Virus record (IMG/VR): IMGVR_UViG_3300025150_000115
Location: 1-36,880 of that record
Origin: a virus
Lineage: Duplodnaviria; Caudoviricetes
Strand: one strand, 5' to 3'
DNA: 36,880 nt
In this document: one piece after another, positions 1 to 8,645 of the stretch
Layout: every line of letters begins with the position of its first letter
How positions within the stretch are numbered: position 1 is the stretch's first letter
Position numbers and translations under genes: made by a program
The notes under the pieces: generated by a model
What the model was told of the DNA's origin: nothing
The model's database searches: none
The model's input: only the letters and a program-made list of their open reading frames with translations

Positions 1-397
1 GACAATCTATCTTCAGCACTTTTTCGAAACCTCTATTAGGTTCGAAACCCTTAGATTTCTTATCTATCTTCCATAGTTCGGCAACACCTGAAATACCCTG
101 AAAAAAATATGGCGCATTTTTATTCATATATTCTAATATACGTTTGAATTCTCTCAACATTTTAAAACGTTGTTTAAAACCTATTTGTTGTAAATAATGC
201 TGTGCTGAATTTATACCGCTTCCACGAGTAGCGAACAGTGGGTTCTCGCACTGACCAGTCTCAAGATCGACGTGTACTGGGTTGAATTCGAAATGGAATG
301 TAAAACCCAAGTATGTAGGATCTTCATATCCGAATAAATCAGATGTAAATAATCCCTTGTGAAATGTCCTTATCCTATCGTCTATTGGTGCTATCAT
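1..397 (-). CDS. Putative virion structural protein, partial (runs off left edge)
   Basis: Not in the ORF track. Manual translation from ATG at 397 is open to the window edge: MIAPIDDRIRTFHKGLFTSDLFGYEDPTYLGFTFHF...PYFFQGISGVAELWK. Co-oriented and directly downstream of the baseplate-like genes. Confidence 0.6.
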   Translation of the reverse strand, partial: MIAPIDDRIRTFHKGLFTSDLFGYEDPTYLGFTFHFEFNPVHVDLETGQCENPLFATRGSGINSAQHYLQQIGFKQRFKMLREFKRILEYMNKNAPYFFQGISGVAELWKIDKKSKGFEPNRGFEKVLKIDC

Positions 398-421
398 TAT
401 TTTTCTACTTTTTATTTCTAT

Positions 422-1858
422 TTATTGATGTGGTATCGGCCATTCTCTCCTAGCTAGGTATAGATCTTGAAAAAAATTAACATCTTCGTCACTCCACGTA
501 ATATTCATACCAATTATATAATAATATCCTGATAAAAACTTATCTTTACTCATCTGTACACCTTCATCTGCTAAATCTGGATCTTGTGTTATTTTTTGCC
601 GTATATTTCCATCTTGATTCAATAGTAATACTGGAACTCTCTGTCCACGATACAAGTTAAAATTACATTTAGTTAAAGTAACATGTAATATCATTTTTTC
701 TATTTCCTGTTTGTTTTGCCAGTTATTAACTATGGCGTGCATGTAATTTTCATGCACTGCACCAACTGGATTTGATATTTGTATTCCTAAGAATTTATTC
801 TTATTCTGATTCTTGTATATTTCTGGTTCTTTTATTCGTCCTCTTAATAATATTTTATCATCAGTACCTTTAGTTGACAAAGGTTCTACAAAATAACTCT
901 GATATTTTGTATTCGGATCACCAGATAAACCCATATCATAAAACTGAACATATCTTCTATATCCATTTGCCTGTACCACCTCGCCACAGTTGTTCAATAG
1001 TGTATAGCCGGAGATCCAGTTACCATGACCTCTTAGATTCTTGTGGTTTGATAACAGTATTTTTGTATCAAATTTTTCCAGTTCCTGACCCTTGTTAAAA
1101 TCTTTCTGCGCGTTAAGTACCTCGTATGCTTCATCTATCTCAAATTCCTCACCGAATTGGTTATTCACGTTTACGAAGTTCAATATGTAATAATGATCTA
1201 TCCATGTAGTAAAAAAACTGTCATCATCCTTGTATGATGCCTTTGTTATATCTGTTGTGAACTTTTTATATGAATCAAATGCACAAAGCCAAGTCATCTT
1301 ATCATTGGTGATAGTTTCGTTTGATGCAAAGCCCAATTTCATGTCTGATGCAACGCTAAGAAGTGCATCCCATGAATTCTGGTCCTTAAATGCCTTACAA
1401 AATTCGGCGTGTAGACTTGGTACCCTTAATGATGCTGTTATTGAATACATAGCTTTATTTCCAGAACTATCTGCTGATGGATATGATGCTATATTTTCAA
1501 TCTCAAAATCACACCTTATAGGATTAAATTCATCTATACGACTACGTATGAACACTGACAATGGATCACCATCTTTAGGATAATTTTTGCTTAAAAATAC
1601 GCCATCATGACAACCGACTACAACATTAACAATAGGAATAAATTCAGTTAAATCTAAACTAAACGACATTAATTCATTTTCAGTAAACTTATAATTATTT
1701 ATCTGTATCAATGGATATAAAGATCCTGACTGTTTAGTTTTCTGATCAGTTGAAAACAACGGATTATTAGGATCATCCTGATTTATCATTCCCATCTCAT
1801 CTATAGCAATGGTTGGCACTGTTATTTTCTGTATTTTCCTTTCTAATGAAGATGCCAT
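422..1858 (-). CDS. Putative baseplate hub protein (T4 gp27 / late control D-like)
   Basis: 478 aa. The C-terminal 'NLYRGQRV...FLSGYYYIIGMNITW...QDLYLARREW' resembles the terminal beta-barrel of gp27/gpD hubs; adjacent to a gp53-like gene. Confidence 0.5.
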   Translation of the reverse strand: MASSLERKIQKITVPTIAIDEMGMINQDDPNNPLFSTDQKTKQSGSLYPLIQINNYKFTENELMSFSLDLTEFIPIVNVVVGCHDGVFLSKNYPKDGDPLSVFIRSRIDEFNPIRCDFEIENIASYPSADSSGNKAMYSITASLRVPSLHAEFCKAFKDQNSWDALLSVASDMKLGFASNETITNDKMTWLCAFDSYKKFTTDITKASYKDDDSFFTTWIDHYYILNFVNVNNQFGEEFEIDEAYEVLNAQKDFNKGQELEKFDTKILLSNHKNLRGHGNWISGYTLLNNCGEVVQANGYRRYVQFYDMGLSGDPNTKYQSYFVEPLSTKGTDDKILLRGRIKEPEIYKNQNKNKFLGIQISNPVGAVHENYMHAIVNNWQNKQEIEKMILHVTLTKCNFNLYRGQRVPVLLLNQDGNIRQKITQDPDLADEGVQMSKDKFLSGYYYIIGMNITWSDEDVNFFQDLYLARREWPIPHQ

Positions 1859-1862
1859 TTAT

Positions 1863-1939
1863 TTTATGTTCTTTTTTATGTGAATTTGATATTTTTTAGT
1901 TTCTTCTGTTCACGGTATTCCCTTGTTCCAAGCAAGTTT
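1863..1939 (-). pseudogene. NUMOD3 motif relic of a homing endonuclease
   Basis: Reverse-strand translation KLAWNKGIP*TEETK(K), then after a frameshift ISNSHKK. Matches the NUMOD3 pattern WNKG..(S/T)EETKKKIS. Confidence 0.55.
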
Positions 1940-1942
1940 ATA

Positions 1943-2560
1943 TTATTTAACTGAACGAAAAATGCGATTCTCAATCAATTTAGATTTTGCTCTAGCCTTT
2001 GATATAGGATCGGTTGTATTGACATTGCACTTCACAACGTCTGCACCGAATATGACGTTGCCGTCAACTACCTTTATCTCTTTGCTTCCTGGCTCTGCAA
2101 AATTCGGAGGTAGATTAGTTTTAGAACCATTTGACAATGCTTCTGATTTTACTTGTAAATATTCTAATCTCTTGGCATCCTTCTTGCTAAGTCTATCAGG
2201 ATCAAAAAATTTATTTATTAATGATTCTTTAGACGCAACTTTGTCAAGTTCACGTTTAGGTTTGAATACGGCTTTCATTACGTCATCATCAGGTATCAAT
2301 ATTATGTCGCCTTCGTCTATTGAAAACGGATTAGATATACCATTGAACTTTAGCAAATAATCCAGTTTGTTAGAGTCTCTAAAGTAGATCTTGGCGATCA
2401 AATCTGAACGCATGACCAAGTCAGAAGAAACAATACCAGTGCTCTTGATAATCATCCGACCACCTGTATTGAAGTCAACAGATTGTGCGGTAAGATCCTT
2501 GATGTACTCATCATTTACTTTTACCTGTGGTTTGTTTCTAAGTGTGTCTAAAAATAGCAT
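1943..2560 (-). CDS. Baseplate wedge protein, T4 gp53/LysM-like
   Basis: 'RSDLIAKIYFRDSNKLDYLLKFNGISNPFSIDEGDIILIP' fits the gp53/LysM-type motif R.D.IA..YY......LL..N.I.NP..L..G..I.IP. Confidence 0.7.
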   Translation of the reverse strand: MLFLDTLRNKPQVKVNDEYIKDLTAQSVDFNTGGRMIIKSTGIVSSDLVMRSDLIAKIYFRDSNKLDYLLKFNGISNPFSIDEGDIILIPDDDVMKAVFKPKRELDKVASKESLINKFFDPDRLSKKDAKRLEYLQVKSEALSNGSKTNLPPNFAEPGSKEIKVVDGNVIFGADVVKCNVNTTDPISKARAKSKLIENRIFRSVK

Positions 2561-2562
2561 AA

Positions 2563-4464
2563 TTATGGTTTAGTTGTTCCAGATAACGATTTACTAGCAT
2601 CGCCAGCCCAAGTCTTGGCTATTTGCAATTCACCTGGGTTAAACTTGTTACCCCACATAGATTTACCAGGTATCTTCAAGTTTGCACTAGCATTTTGATT
2701 AGCAGCTACTTGTGCAGGCGTTAATTCTCTGAATCCCTTTGATCCCGATTCTGTATTATTAGCTGCTTCTCCTTTTGGTCCTGATGTATCCATCATTGAG
2801 TTATGTGTAGATGAGAACACTGCATTATCGTTTATGCCGTAATACAACCTACCATTACCAAGGTTGAACATAGATTCTATATCACCCTTGTCCCTTGGCT
2901 TGCCATGATTCAATTTAACCGTAAACATTATCTCGGTTGGAAAATCGTCAGCACCAAGAATGTCGCTAGTTGTCATCTCGATGTCAGTACATATAAGATT
3001 ACCAATCATAGCTATAGGGTTCATCGGGTTGCCTATAACTAGATGCCATTCACCAACTGGATCACCAGTCAATAGTGATCTCATGGCTATGATCTGTGGT
3101 CTATCCTTCTGTGCAAATTTACCCATCGCCATTTTACCGGCGCCTAGAGCTAACTCTTTGATTGCTTGTAATGCACTCTCTGGTGATTGTATTATTTTAG
3201 AAAATGTATCCATGAATCCACTTTTACCATCTTCTCCACCAGTTATTTTCTTTAAACCAGTCATGACAGAATCAATATAACCACCAACGTCGCCAGAATA
3301 GAAAGCTTTCTGATCACCAAGCATAGGTTTATTTGGATGTTGAGGAAAATATCTTATTGCACCACCCCAGAACTTAGCATTATTATAACAAAGCGTTAAC
3401 ATATTACCGATGATGTCAAGCATAGCCATTTTAGGATTAATTCCTGCTTCTGAATTTAATTTATAATGAAACTTTATAGATAGTTCTTGTTCAAAATGTA
3501 AACCTTGATCTCTAGCCATGGTCTTATTTACAACATTTACAGGGCCATACACCTTATTAGCATAGGGTCCGTCTGATCCATAAACTTCTTTGGCGTAATC
3601 GCTCTCGCTTTGTGCCTGTCCAGAGTACTCACGTGGATTTAGGAATGCCTGTACACCCCCAATTAATTTTCCACCAGGAACAGCGGAAAATGGTTCATTT
3701 TCAAACCCCCTCTCATTACCTGAGATCTCCTGCACCTTTGCCTCTATCTCTTTCCACATCAATCCAGCCGTGAATTTCATTAATCCAGATAATGGATTTT
3801 CTGTCTCCTCCCCCATCCATGTAACAGCTTGTGCAACTGGTGGCATATTGCTACCATCATGTGTCTTAACATTATCTGTCATAGGAACCGGATACCTTCT
3901 AAGCGTTACCATATAGTTATTAGGAATATGACCATAATATTTACACCATAAGAAATCAGAATACGAATAAGGAGTTGATCCAAACGAATTATATCCGGTA
4001 GAGTTTTCTAGAGACCATTGTATGATGTTGTGCGCTGTTGGATTACGTGAAATAATAGGTGTTGGTCCAAGTAGTCCTTTTGCACTGTCATACAATCTGT
4101 TGAAATCACCTGCTGCGCTGTCGTACCTAAACATTGAATATTCATTAAACAATGATTTAACACCCAGTGATGGCATCTCTGCACCGATAATATTATCTCG
4201 GTATGCATAACCAAATGTATCACCACCAAAACTGGCTTGTGGTATTCCCGGCTCAACTTTTGGATTTACAACAGGATCTGCTATTGGTGCAGATGATTCT
4301 GCTACTACTTTCTTATGTTCTACTGATTTCGGCGGATCTACTGGTGGATTACCCTCAGCGTCTTCAACTCGGGTAGTCGTAGTCCATACTGCGCTTTCTC
4401 CGCCACTGTCTACTGTTCGATAATAATATTTTGGTCCTTCAAGTTTTACGAATACTGTTGCCAT
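2563..4464 (-). CDS. Putative baseplate / tail-tube junction structural protein
   Basis: 633 aa, first gene of the structural run. The C-terminal 'IGNLICTDIEM...DDFPTEIMFTVKL' resembles tube-fold (gp48/gp54-like) proteins; function inferred mainly from context. Confidence 0.35.
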   Translation of the reverse strand: MATVFVKLEGPKYYYRTVDSGGESAVWTTTTRVEDAEGNPPVDPPKSVEHKKVVAESSAPIADPVVNPKVEPGIPQASFGGDTFGYAYRDNIIGAEMPSLGVKSLFNEYSMFRYDSAAGDFNRLYDSAKGLLGPTPIISRNPTAHNIIQWSLENSTGYNSFGSTPYSYSDFLWCKYYGHIPNNYMVTLRRYPVPMTDNVKTHDGSNMPPVAQAVTWMGEETENPLSGLMKFTAGLMWKEIEAKVQEISGNERGFENEPFSAVPGGKLIGGVQAFLNPREYSGQAQSESDYAKEVYGSDGPYANKVYGPVNVVNKTMARDQGLHFEQELSIKFHYKLNSEAGINPKMAMLDIIGNMLTLCYNNAKFWGGAIRYFPQHPNKPMLGDQKAFYSGDVGGYIDSVMTGLKKITGGEDGKSGFMDTFSKIIQSPESALQAIKELALGAGKMAMGKFAQKDRPQIIAMRSLLTGDPVGEWHLVIGNPMNPIAMIGNLICTDIEMTTSDILGADDFPTEIMFTVKLNHGKPRDKGDIESMFNLGNGRLYYGINDNAVFSSTHNSMMDTSGPKGEAANNTESGSKGFRELTPAQVAANQNASANLKIPGKSMWGNKFNPGELQIAKTWAGDASKSLSGTTKP

Positions 4465-4510
4465 CTTATAGTGTTATTTTTTAAGAAAGAATAAAACTTC
4501 CCCTTTACTA

Positions 4511-4518
4511 TATATATC
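4511..4518 (-). promoter_or_regulatory. Candidate late promoter motif GATATATA
   Basis: GATATATA on the minus strand about 47 nt upstream of the structural operon start (4464). The same octamer lies in intergenic DNA at 25013-25020 and 33467-33474. Confidence 0.3.
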
Positions 4519-4526
4519 TACAGAAA

Positions 4527-4934
4527 TTAAGGCAGAACTTCATCGAAATACTTGTGTATCTTAACCAATGATGAGTCAGGGTCGAATAGAACGAATTCGA
4601 AATTTGTACTATACGTTGTAAAAAAGTTACGGATGTTCTTGATAAGATAAGAATTTAGCTGGTAGTGAAAGTACACGACCTGCTTTGATTTCTTATTGTT
4701 CATTGCCTGTCTCAGCTTCTTTTCTATCTCCTGCTGTATTATAAAATCTTGGGGCGTGAAAATTTTCGACTCGGCCTGATAGTCGTACTCCAGGATCATC
4801 TCCTTAGTGTCGATTATGTAGCTCTGCCGAAAATTTTCAATGTTGCGTCTGGCAACCTTCTTCTCCTCTTGTGTGAAGACTATTCTCAAGACCTTCTTTT
4901 TTACAGTCTTTTTTACAGGTTGTTCGTCTGTCAT
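4527..4934 (-). CDS. Hypothetical protein
   Basis: 135 aa ORF; its start overlaps the upstream stop (ATGA). Confidence 0.7.
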   Translation of the reverse strand: MTDEQPVKKTVKKKVLRIVFTQEEKKVARRNIENFRQSYIIDTKEMILEYDYQAESKIFTPQDFIIQQEIEKKLRQAMNNKKSKQVVYFHYQLNSYLIKNIRNFFTTYSTNFEFVLFDPDSSLVKIHKYFDEVLP

Positions 4935-5257
4935 TTTTGAAGCTTTGCTTTTTGTTTGGCACGTCTCTCTGTTAGTTCCGCTGATCTATCTTCGGCTAAC
5001 TTTCTGTTGTTGGTCATAATCTCGTTGGCTCTATCATCACCAACCTTTTCGATCAACGTGGATAATGCCGCTGCTTCAGCATCTGCTGCTGCATTACGCA
5101 TATCAGTCTCGTTGCTGTTCTTGAACTGTCTGTCTATTTGTTTGCCCGCTTCTATAGAACGGCCAACTCTACTGGCCCATGCCGTAGACGACTCGTTTTT
5201 ACCGATCAAACCCATCTGCTTGGCTAACTCTCTTCTCTGTCTTCTATTATAATGCAT
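4931..5257 (-). CDS. Hypothetical helical/basic protein
   Basis: 108 aa, NRRQRR N-terminus, translationally coupled to the next gene. Confidence 0.7.
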   Translation of the reverse strand: MHYNRRQRRELAKQMGLIGKNESSTAWASRVGRSIEAGKQIDRQFKNSNETDMRNAAADAEAAALSTLIEKVGDDRANEIMTNNRKLAEDRSAELTERRAKQKAKLQK

Positions 5258-5296
5258 AATTAAAATTATTTTTTTTGTAAAAATTTGTTTTCTATT

Positions 5297-5394
5297 GTAA
5301 TATAATTGTAACTAAATTTTATTACACTTTTATTTATTTTTACGGTAATATAATTGTAACTAAATTTTATTACACTTTTATTTATTTTTACGGT
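5297..5394. repeat. 48-bp tandem duplication (2 copies)
   Basis: gtaatataattgtaactaaattttattacacttttatttatttttacg occurs at 5297 and 5345, and includes the stop codon of the 5378-5806 gene. Confidence 0.95.
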
Positions 5395-5806
5395 TAATTT
5401 TTCTTGATTTCTTGGCAGCCTTATTCTTCCTCTTCCTATTCTTCCTGTACGCGATAAGATCTTTAGCAGGCTTACCAGGCGATCTGAACGGATTGATAGT
5501 CCTTATCGGTGTATTCTCATCAATAGAAACCGTATAACCCTTAACAACATCATTTGTTTCGATTACGGTAAAGTCTTGGTTTTTGTAAATGATTACATTA
5601 AAATCACCAATAGTTGCAGTTGCTAAATTATTGCTTAATCTTAATCGAGCATCGTCTTCTTCAGTAGTTAAATCATACTTGTCGTACTTTATTACGGACA
5701 ACTGTTTCTCTAACTTTTTAGATGTCTCTAAATCGAGGTCTTTCAGATCGCCGTCGTTGATTTGGATCTCCTGTGTGTGATCCAAAAAACTTTCTTTTTC
5801 TTGCAT
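5378..5806 (-). CDS. Hypothetical protein with Lys/Arg-rich C-terminus
   Basis: 142 aa, acidic N-terminus and RKNRKRKNKAAKKSRKINRKNK tail; abuts the upstream gene. Confidence 0.7.
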   Translation of the reverse strand: MQEKESFLDHTQEIQINDGDLKDLDLETSKKLEKQLSVIKYDKYDLTTEEDDARLRLSNNLATATIGDFNVIIYKNQDFTVIETNDVVKGYTVSIDENTPIRTINPFRSPGKPAKDLIAYRKNRKRKNKAAKKSRKINRKNK

Positions 5807-6586
5807 TTATTCAGATTTTGGGTTTGCGTCTTGCGTTTCTTCCACGTTGACCGTGGCGTCATCACCGACTATTGTGAATACTTTTGATTTTATTGATTCT
5901 TTGTCCGCTCCTATATTTACATGGATCATCCACTCGTCGTCCTGCTTACCCGCACCGATAACTCCTTCTATGTCCATTATTTTCTTCTGCATAGGATTCT
6001 CCACAACAGAAGATGTATTTGTATTAGTATTATCATCTATGTCACCGCCGGCTGCGAATCCAAAAATGAACTTGAATATCAGCATGAACATTGTAGGTAT
6101 AAAACAATCGGTAGTGTCTAGCGCTTGATTAACGCTCATCAATACGAACTCCGGTTCTTTATCGTCAACTTCGTCGACAGGATCCACGTCTTCGTCAGGT
6201 TCAGGTAATGACATTCCGGTGATGTCACAAGCGAAGCAAGGTATCTCCTGATTTATCATCTTATGCGTTGTCATGAACCCAAGGAAGTGCCACCTCTCTG
6301 GCTCCTGCACGTCTAGCCCGGACCTGTCAAGCATCTTGCGTTGTGCCGCAGTTAGTATGTCAGGGTCCTCGCCCTCTGCCTTACCGGTTATAACTGTAAG
6401 CGACACAGCTGATCGGATGTAATTAAACTCCTTCAAGACGCCCAATTGTCCGGGCAATCCCTTAGCATCCCTGGTGAACGGAAGCACCGCCACGGTGATC
6501 GTTAGCGGCACTATGCCGATCCTGTCGTCTTTCTTCACGACGTCGAATTTGTCGGTACTGAATAATACCTCAGTTTTTTTTGTCAT
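5807..6586 (-). CDS. Nudix-fold protein with degenerate Nudix box
   Basis: VAVLPF...ITGKAEGEDPDILTAAQRKMLDRSGL...WHFLG is a Nudix layout, but REuxEE reads RKMLDR. Start placed at MTKK (6586) to limit overlap. Confidence 0.65.
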   Translation of the reverse strand: MTKKTEVLFSTDKFDVVKKDDRIGIVPLTITVAVLPFTRDAKGLPGQLGVLKEFNYIRSAVSLTVITGKAEGEDPDILTAAQRKMLDRSGLDVQEPERWHFLGFMTTHKMINQEIPCFACDITGMSLPEPDEDVDPVDEVDDKEPEFVLMSVNQALDTTDCFIPTMFMLIFKFIFGFAAGGDIDDNTNTNTSSVVENPMQKKIMDIEGVIGAGKQDDEWMIHVNIGADKESIKSKVFTIVGDDATVNVEETQDANPKSE

Positions 6587-7136
6587 TGGTTCCTGCGTAA
6601 AAATTTGTAATTGCGCTTCTGACTGCATCTCGTATCATCGGCACGTCCAGATCGGCAACTATGAATTCAACTATGTCGTCGTCTGCATTATCAAACGACT
6701 GCGACAGCACCTTATAAAGACTTACAGCCGGAAGATTCATCTCTATGGATATTTCGACAGGAACCGGATTAGACTTTTGTTTCTCGAGCAGCGCGTGTAT
6801 TGGACTCTTCGGTTTCGGTGTGCCTATGCTAACATGCGGCGCGTTGATAGGCACGCCGTGATTAGCAACAGGATCTGGCGCAATATTAAGCAGCATAGAA
6901 TCGTCCTGTATTCTCATAACCGCATCGCCGAGCATGTCGTACTTCACACGGGTCCCGTCTGTAAACTCGACCAGTATCATGTCATTTACGACGACGACGT
7001 CTTTGAACTCCGTGACCCTACCGGCCTTATCTGTTTTAACCCATTGGAATTTTGGAACTGCGGCGAGCTCCTCCCTTAATGGTGCGAGTTGTTCCTCTGT
7101 CATAACTTTGTTTTTCTTTTTAAACCATTCGAACAT
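6570..7136 (-). CDS. Hypothetical protein
   Basis: 188 aa ORF in the co-oriented run. Confidence 0.7.
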   Translation of the reverse strand: MFEWFKKKNKVMTEEQLAPLREELAAVPKFQWVKTDKAGRVTEFKDVVVVNDMILVEFTDGTRVKYDMLGDAVMRIQDDSMLLNIAPDPVANHGVPINAPHVSIGTPKPKSPIHALLEKQKSNPVPVEISIEMNLPAVSLYKVLSQSFDNADDDIVEFIVADLDVPMIRDAVRSAITNFYAGTNDKKN

Positions 7137-7149
7137 TGCATCGAGTTCA

Positions 7150-7419
7150 TTATTTGGTGTTTCGTGCTATTAATTCTTCTGCCTTGCGCTCGTACCAACC
7201 TGTCTTCTTCATGTCCTGCTCTAACGGCTGGCCCTCTTTGTGACCTAGGCGCATGCGATATTTAAAAGCAGTCATTTGACAATATGATATTGTCGCGTCA
7301 ATACCCCAGATCTTCTCCATCATTTCTATAACTTCGTAGCGCCCCTGCTTGTAGTGTTTAGCATTACCCTCTGCGTCGTATTGATCCTCTGACGCAGAAT
7401 CTAATTTATTATTTTTCAT
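7150..7419 (-). CDS. DUF3310 / SaV-like protein
   Basis: 'NAKHYKQGRYEVIEMM...AFKYRMRLGHK...EQDMKKTGWY' is the DUF3310 signature. Start at MKNNK (7419). Confidence 0.85.
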   Translation of the reverse strand: MKNNKLDSASEDQYDAEGNAKHYKQGRYEVIEMMEKIWGIDATISYCQMTAFKYRMRLGHKEGQPLEQDMKKTGWYERKAEELIARNTK

Positions 7420-7438
7420 TCTTGTTCTTTTATATTCC

Positions 7439-7468
7439 TTTATACATTCAAGGTATATCAAAGTTTCA
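7439..7468 (-). promoter_or_regulatory. ECF-like phage promoter TGAAAC-N16-TGTATAAA
   Basis: One of six similar elements upstream of minus-strand gene starts (see findings). Confidence 0.5.
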
Positions 7469-7523
7469 AATTAAAATAAAGTTTCACGATAGGAACATTT
7501 TAGTCTACTCGTATAAAAAGAAT

Positions 7524-8135
7524 ATGGGATTTCTGAATGAGTTTTTTGACGAGATATATTGTATTAATCTGGACAGACGGGAGGATCGATGGGAGGACGT
7601 ACAAAAGGAGTTCGCTAGGTGGGACATTAAGGTAAAGAGGGTATCTGCAATAGAAGGCAAATCACTGCCTATTCACGAGGACCAGTTAATATCGGCTAAC
7701 GAGATGGGGTGCACCAAGAGCCACATGTCAATACTGCAGGAGATGGTCGACAAAAAATATAAACAAGTTCTAATATTTGAAGACGACATAATATTCTTGC
7801 GCGACCCACATGCTGAGGTTAAATCAATAGCAGGATACCTGCCCGAAAATTGGGACATGCTATATCTCTGCGGCAATCAGGTCAGACCCGTGATAAAATA
7901 TCGGTCTATATGGAAGTGCGTCAGGACGTTCACCACCGGCGCGTATGGAATAACAAACGAGTTCGGTAAGAAAATATTGGAAACTGTAAACGTCAAGTCA
8001 AGACAGATAGACGTAGAGTACGCAAACACACACTTAAGAGGAAATTCATTCACGTTAAATCCTGGATGCTGCACGCAAAAAGCCGGATTTAGCGACATAC
8101 AGCAGGGTTTCGTCGACTACACCAAATTTATGTAA
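7524..8135 (+). CDS. Glycosyltransferase family 25 (LgtB/Lex2-like beta-galactosyltransferase)
   Basis: YCINLDRREDRW, RVSAIEG, EMGCTKSH, LIFEDD and WDMLYL motifs. ATG at 7524. Confidence 0.85.
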   Translation: MGFLNEFFDEIYCINLDRREDRWEDVQKEFARWDIKVKRVSAIEGKSLPIHEDQLISANEMGCTKSHMSILQEMVDKKYKQVLIFEDDIIFLRDPHAEVKSIAGYLPENWDMLYLCGNQVRPVIKYRSIWKCVRTFTTGAYGITNEFGKKILETVNVKSRQIDVEYANTHLRGNSFTLNPGCCTQKAGFSDIQQGFVDYTKFM

Positions 8136-8137
8136 AA

Positions 8138-8608
8138 TTATTTGTTTCGTGGCTTAGACCTTTGTAAATTTTCTTCTGCTAAATCTAATGACATACAGCA
8201 CATAGTAGATTCATCACCACCAGCTTTCGTCATATTGTAAGCGTTTACAAAATTATAATAAGCTACTTTTGCAACATCATGATTTTTTGATCTACTTAAT
8301 ATTGAATATGCTGAATCTCTAAATTCTTCACCAAAAATTTCAGTTATTGCAAATTTAAGGTCGTCATCCGTTAAATATGTTGGTACATCAAAAATTTTAT
8401 ATCGTTCATTTATTTCTTTTATCTGCGCCTTTGTCTTTGATACTAAGGGTCTTAATATATTTTGTTTATAAGCAGTGTAATCTTCTTGAGAATTTTTTAT
8501 GGACGCCATTAGAGAACTACCCCTTTCATCTGGTGGATATAAAAATATTGTATTTATTCTTTTCTTGATCTTTCTAGGTATTCTGAATTTTTTCTGTTTC
8601 TGTTTCAT
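8138..8608 (-). CDS. Hypothetical protein
   Basis: 156 aa, basic N-terminus (FRIPRKIKK); convergent with the GT25 gene. Confidence 0.65.
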   Translation of the reverse strand: MKQKQKKFRIPRKIKKRINTIFLYPPDERGSSLMASIKNSQEDYTAYKQNILRPLVSKTKAQIKEINERYKIFDVPTYLTDDDLKFAITEIFGEEFRDSAYSILSRSKNHDVAKVAYYNFVNAYNMTKAGGDESTMCCMSLDLAEENLQRSKPRNK

Positions 8609-8645
8609 TTTTATTTCATTTTACATTATTAATTTTTCATGATTT

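Noticed and set aside
5297-5394. CRISPR array or attachment site
   Set aside because: Two adjacent copies with no spacer, no cas or integrase genes, and overlap with a coding end.
7422-7523. Longer N-termini in the ORF track for GT25 (7422), and likewise 6628, 7461, 14162, 15260 and 25446
   Set aside because: The extensions overlap neighbouring genes or promoter elements, and the family motifs begin at the downstream Met.
8609-8645. Mini-ORFs MKN* and MK* between two genes
   Set aside because: Too short to distinguish from chance in AT-rich DNA.
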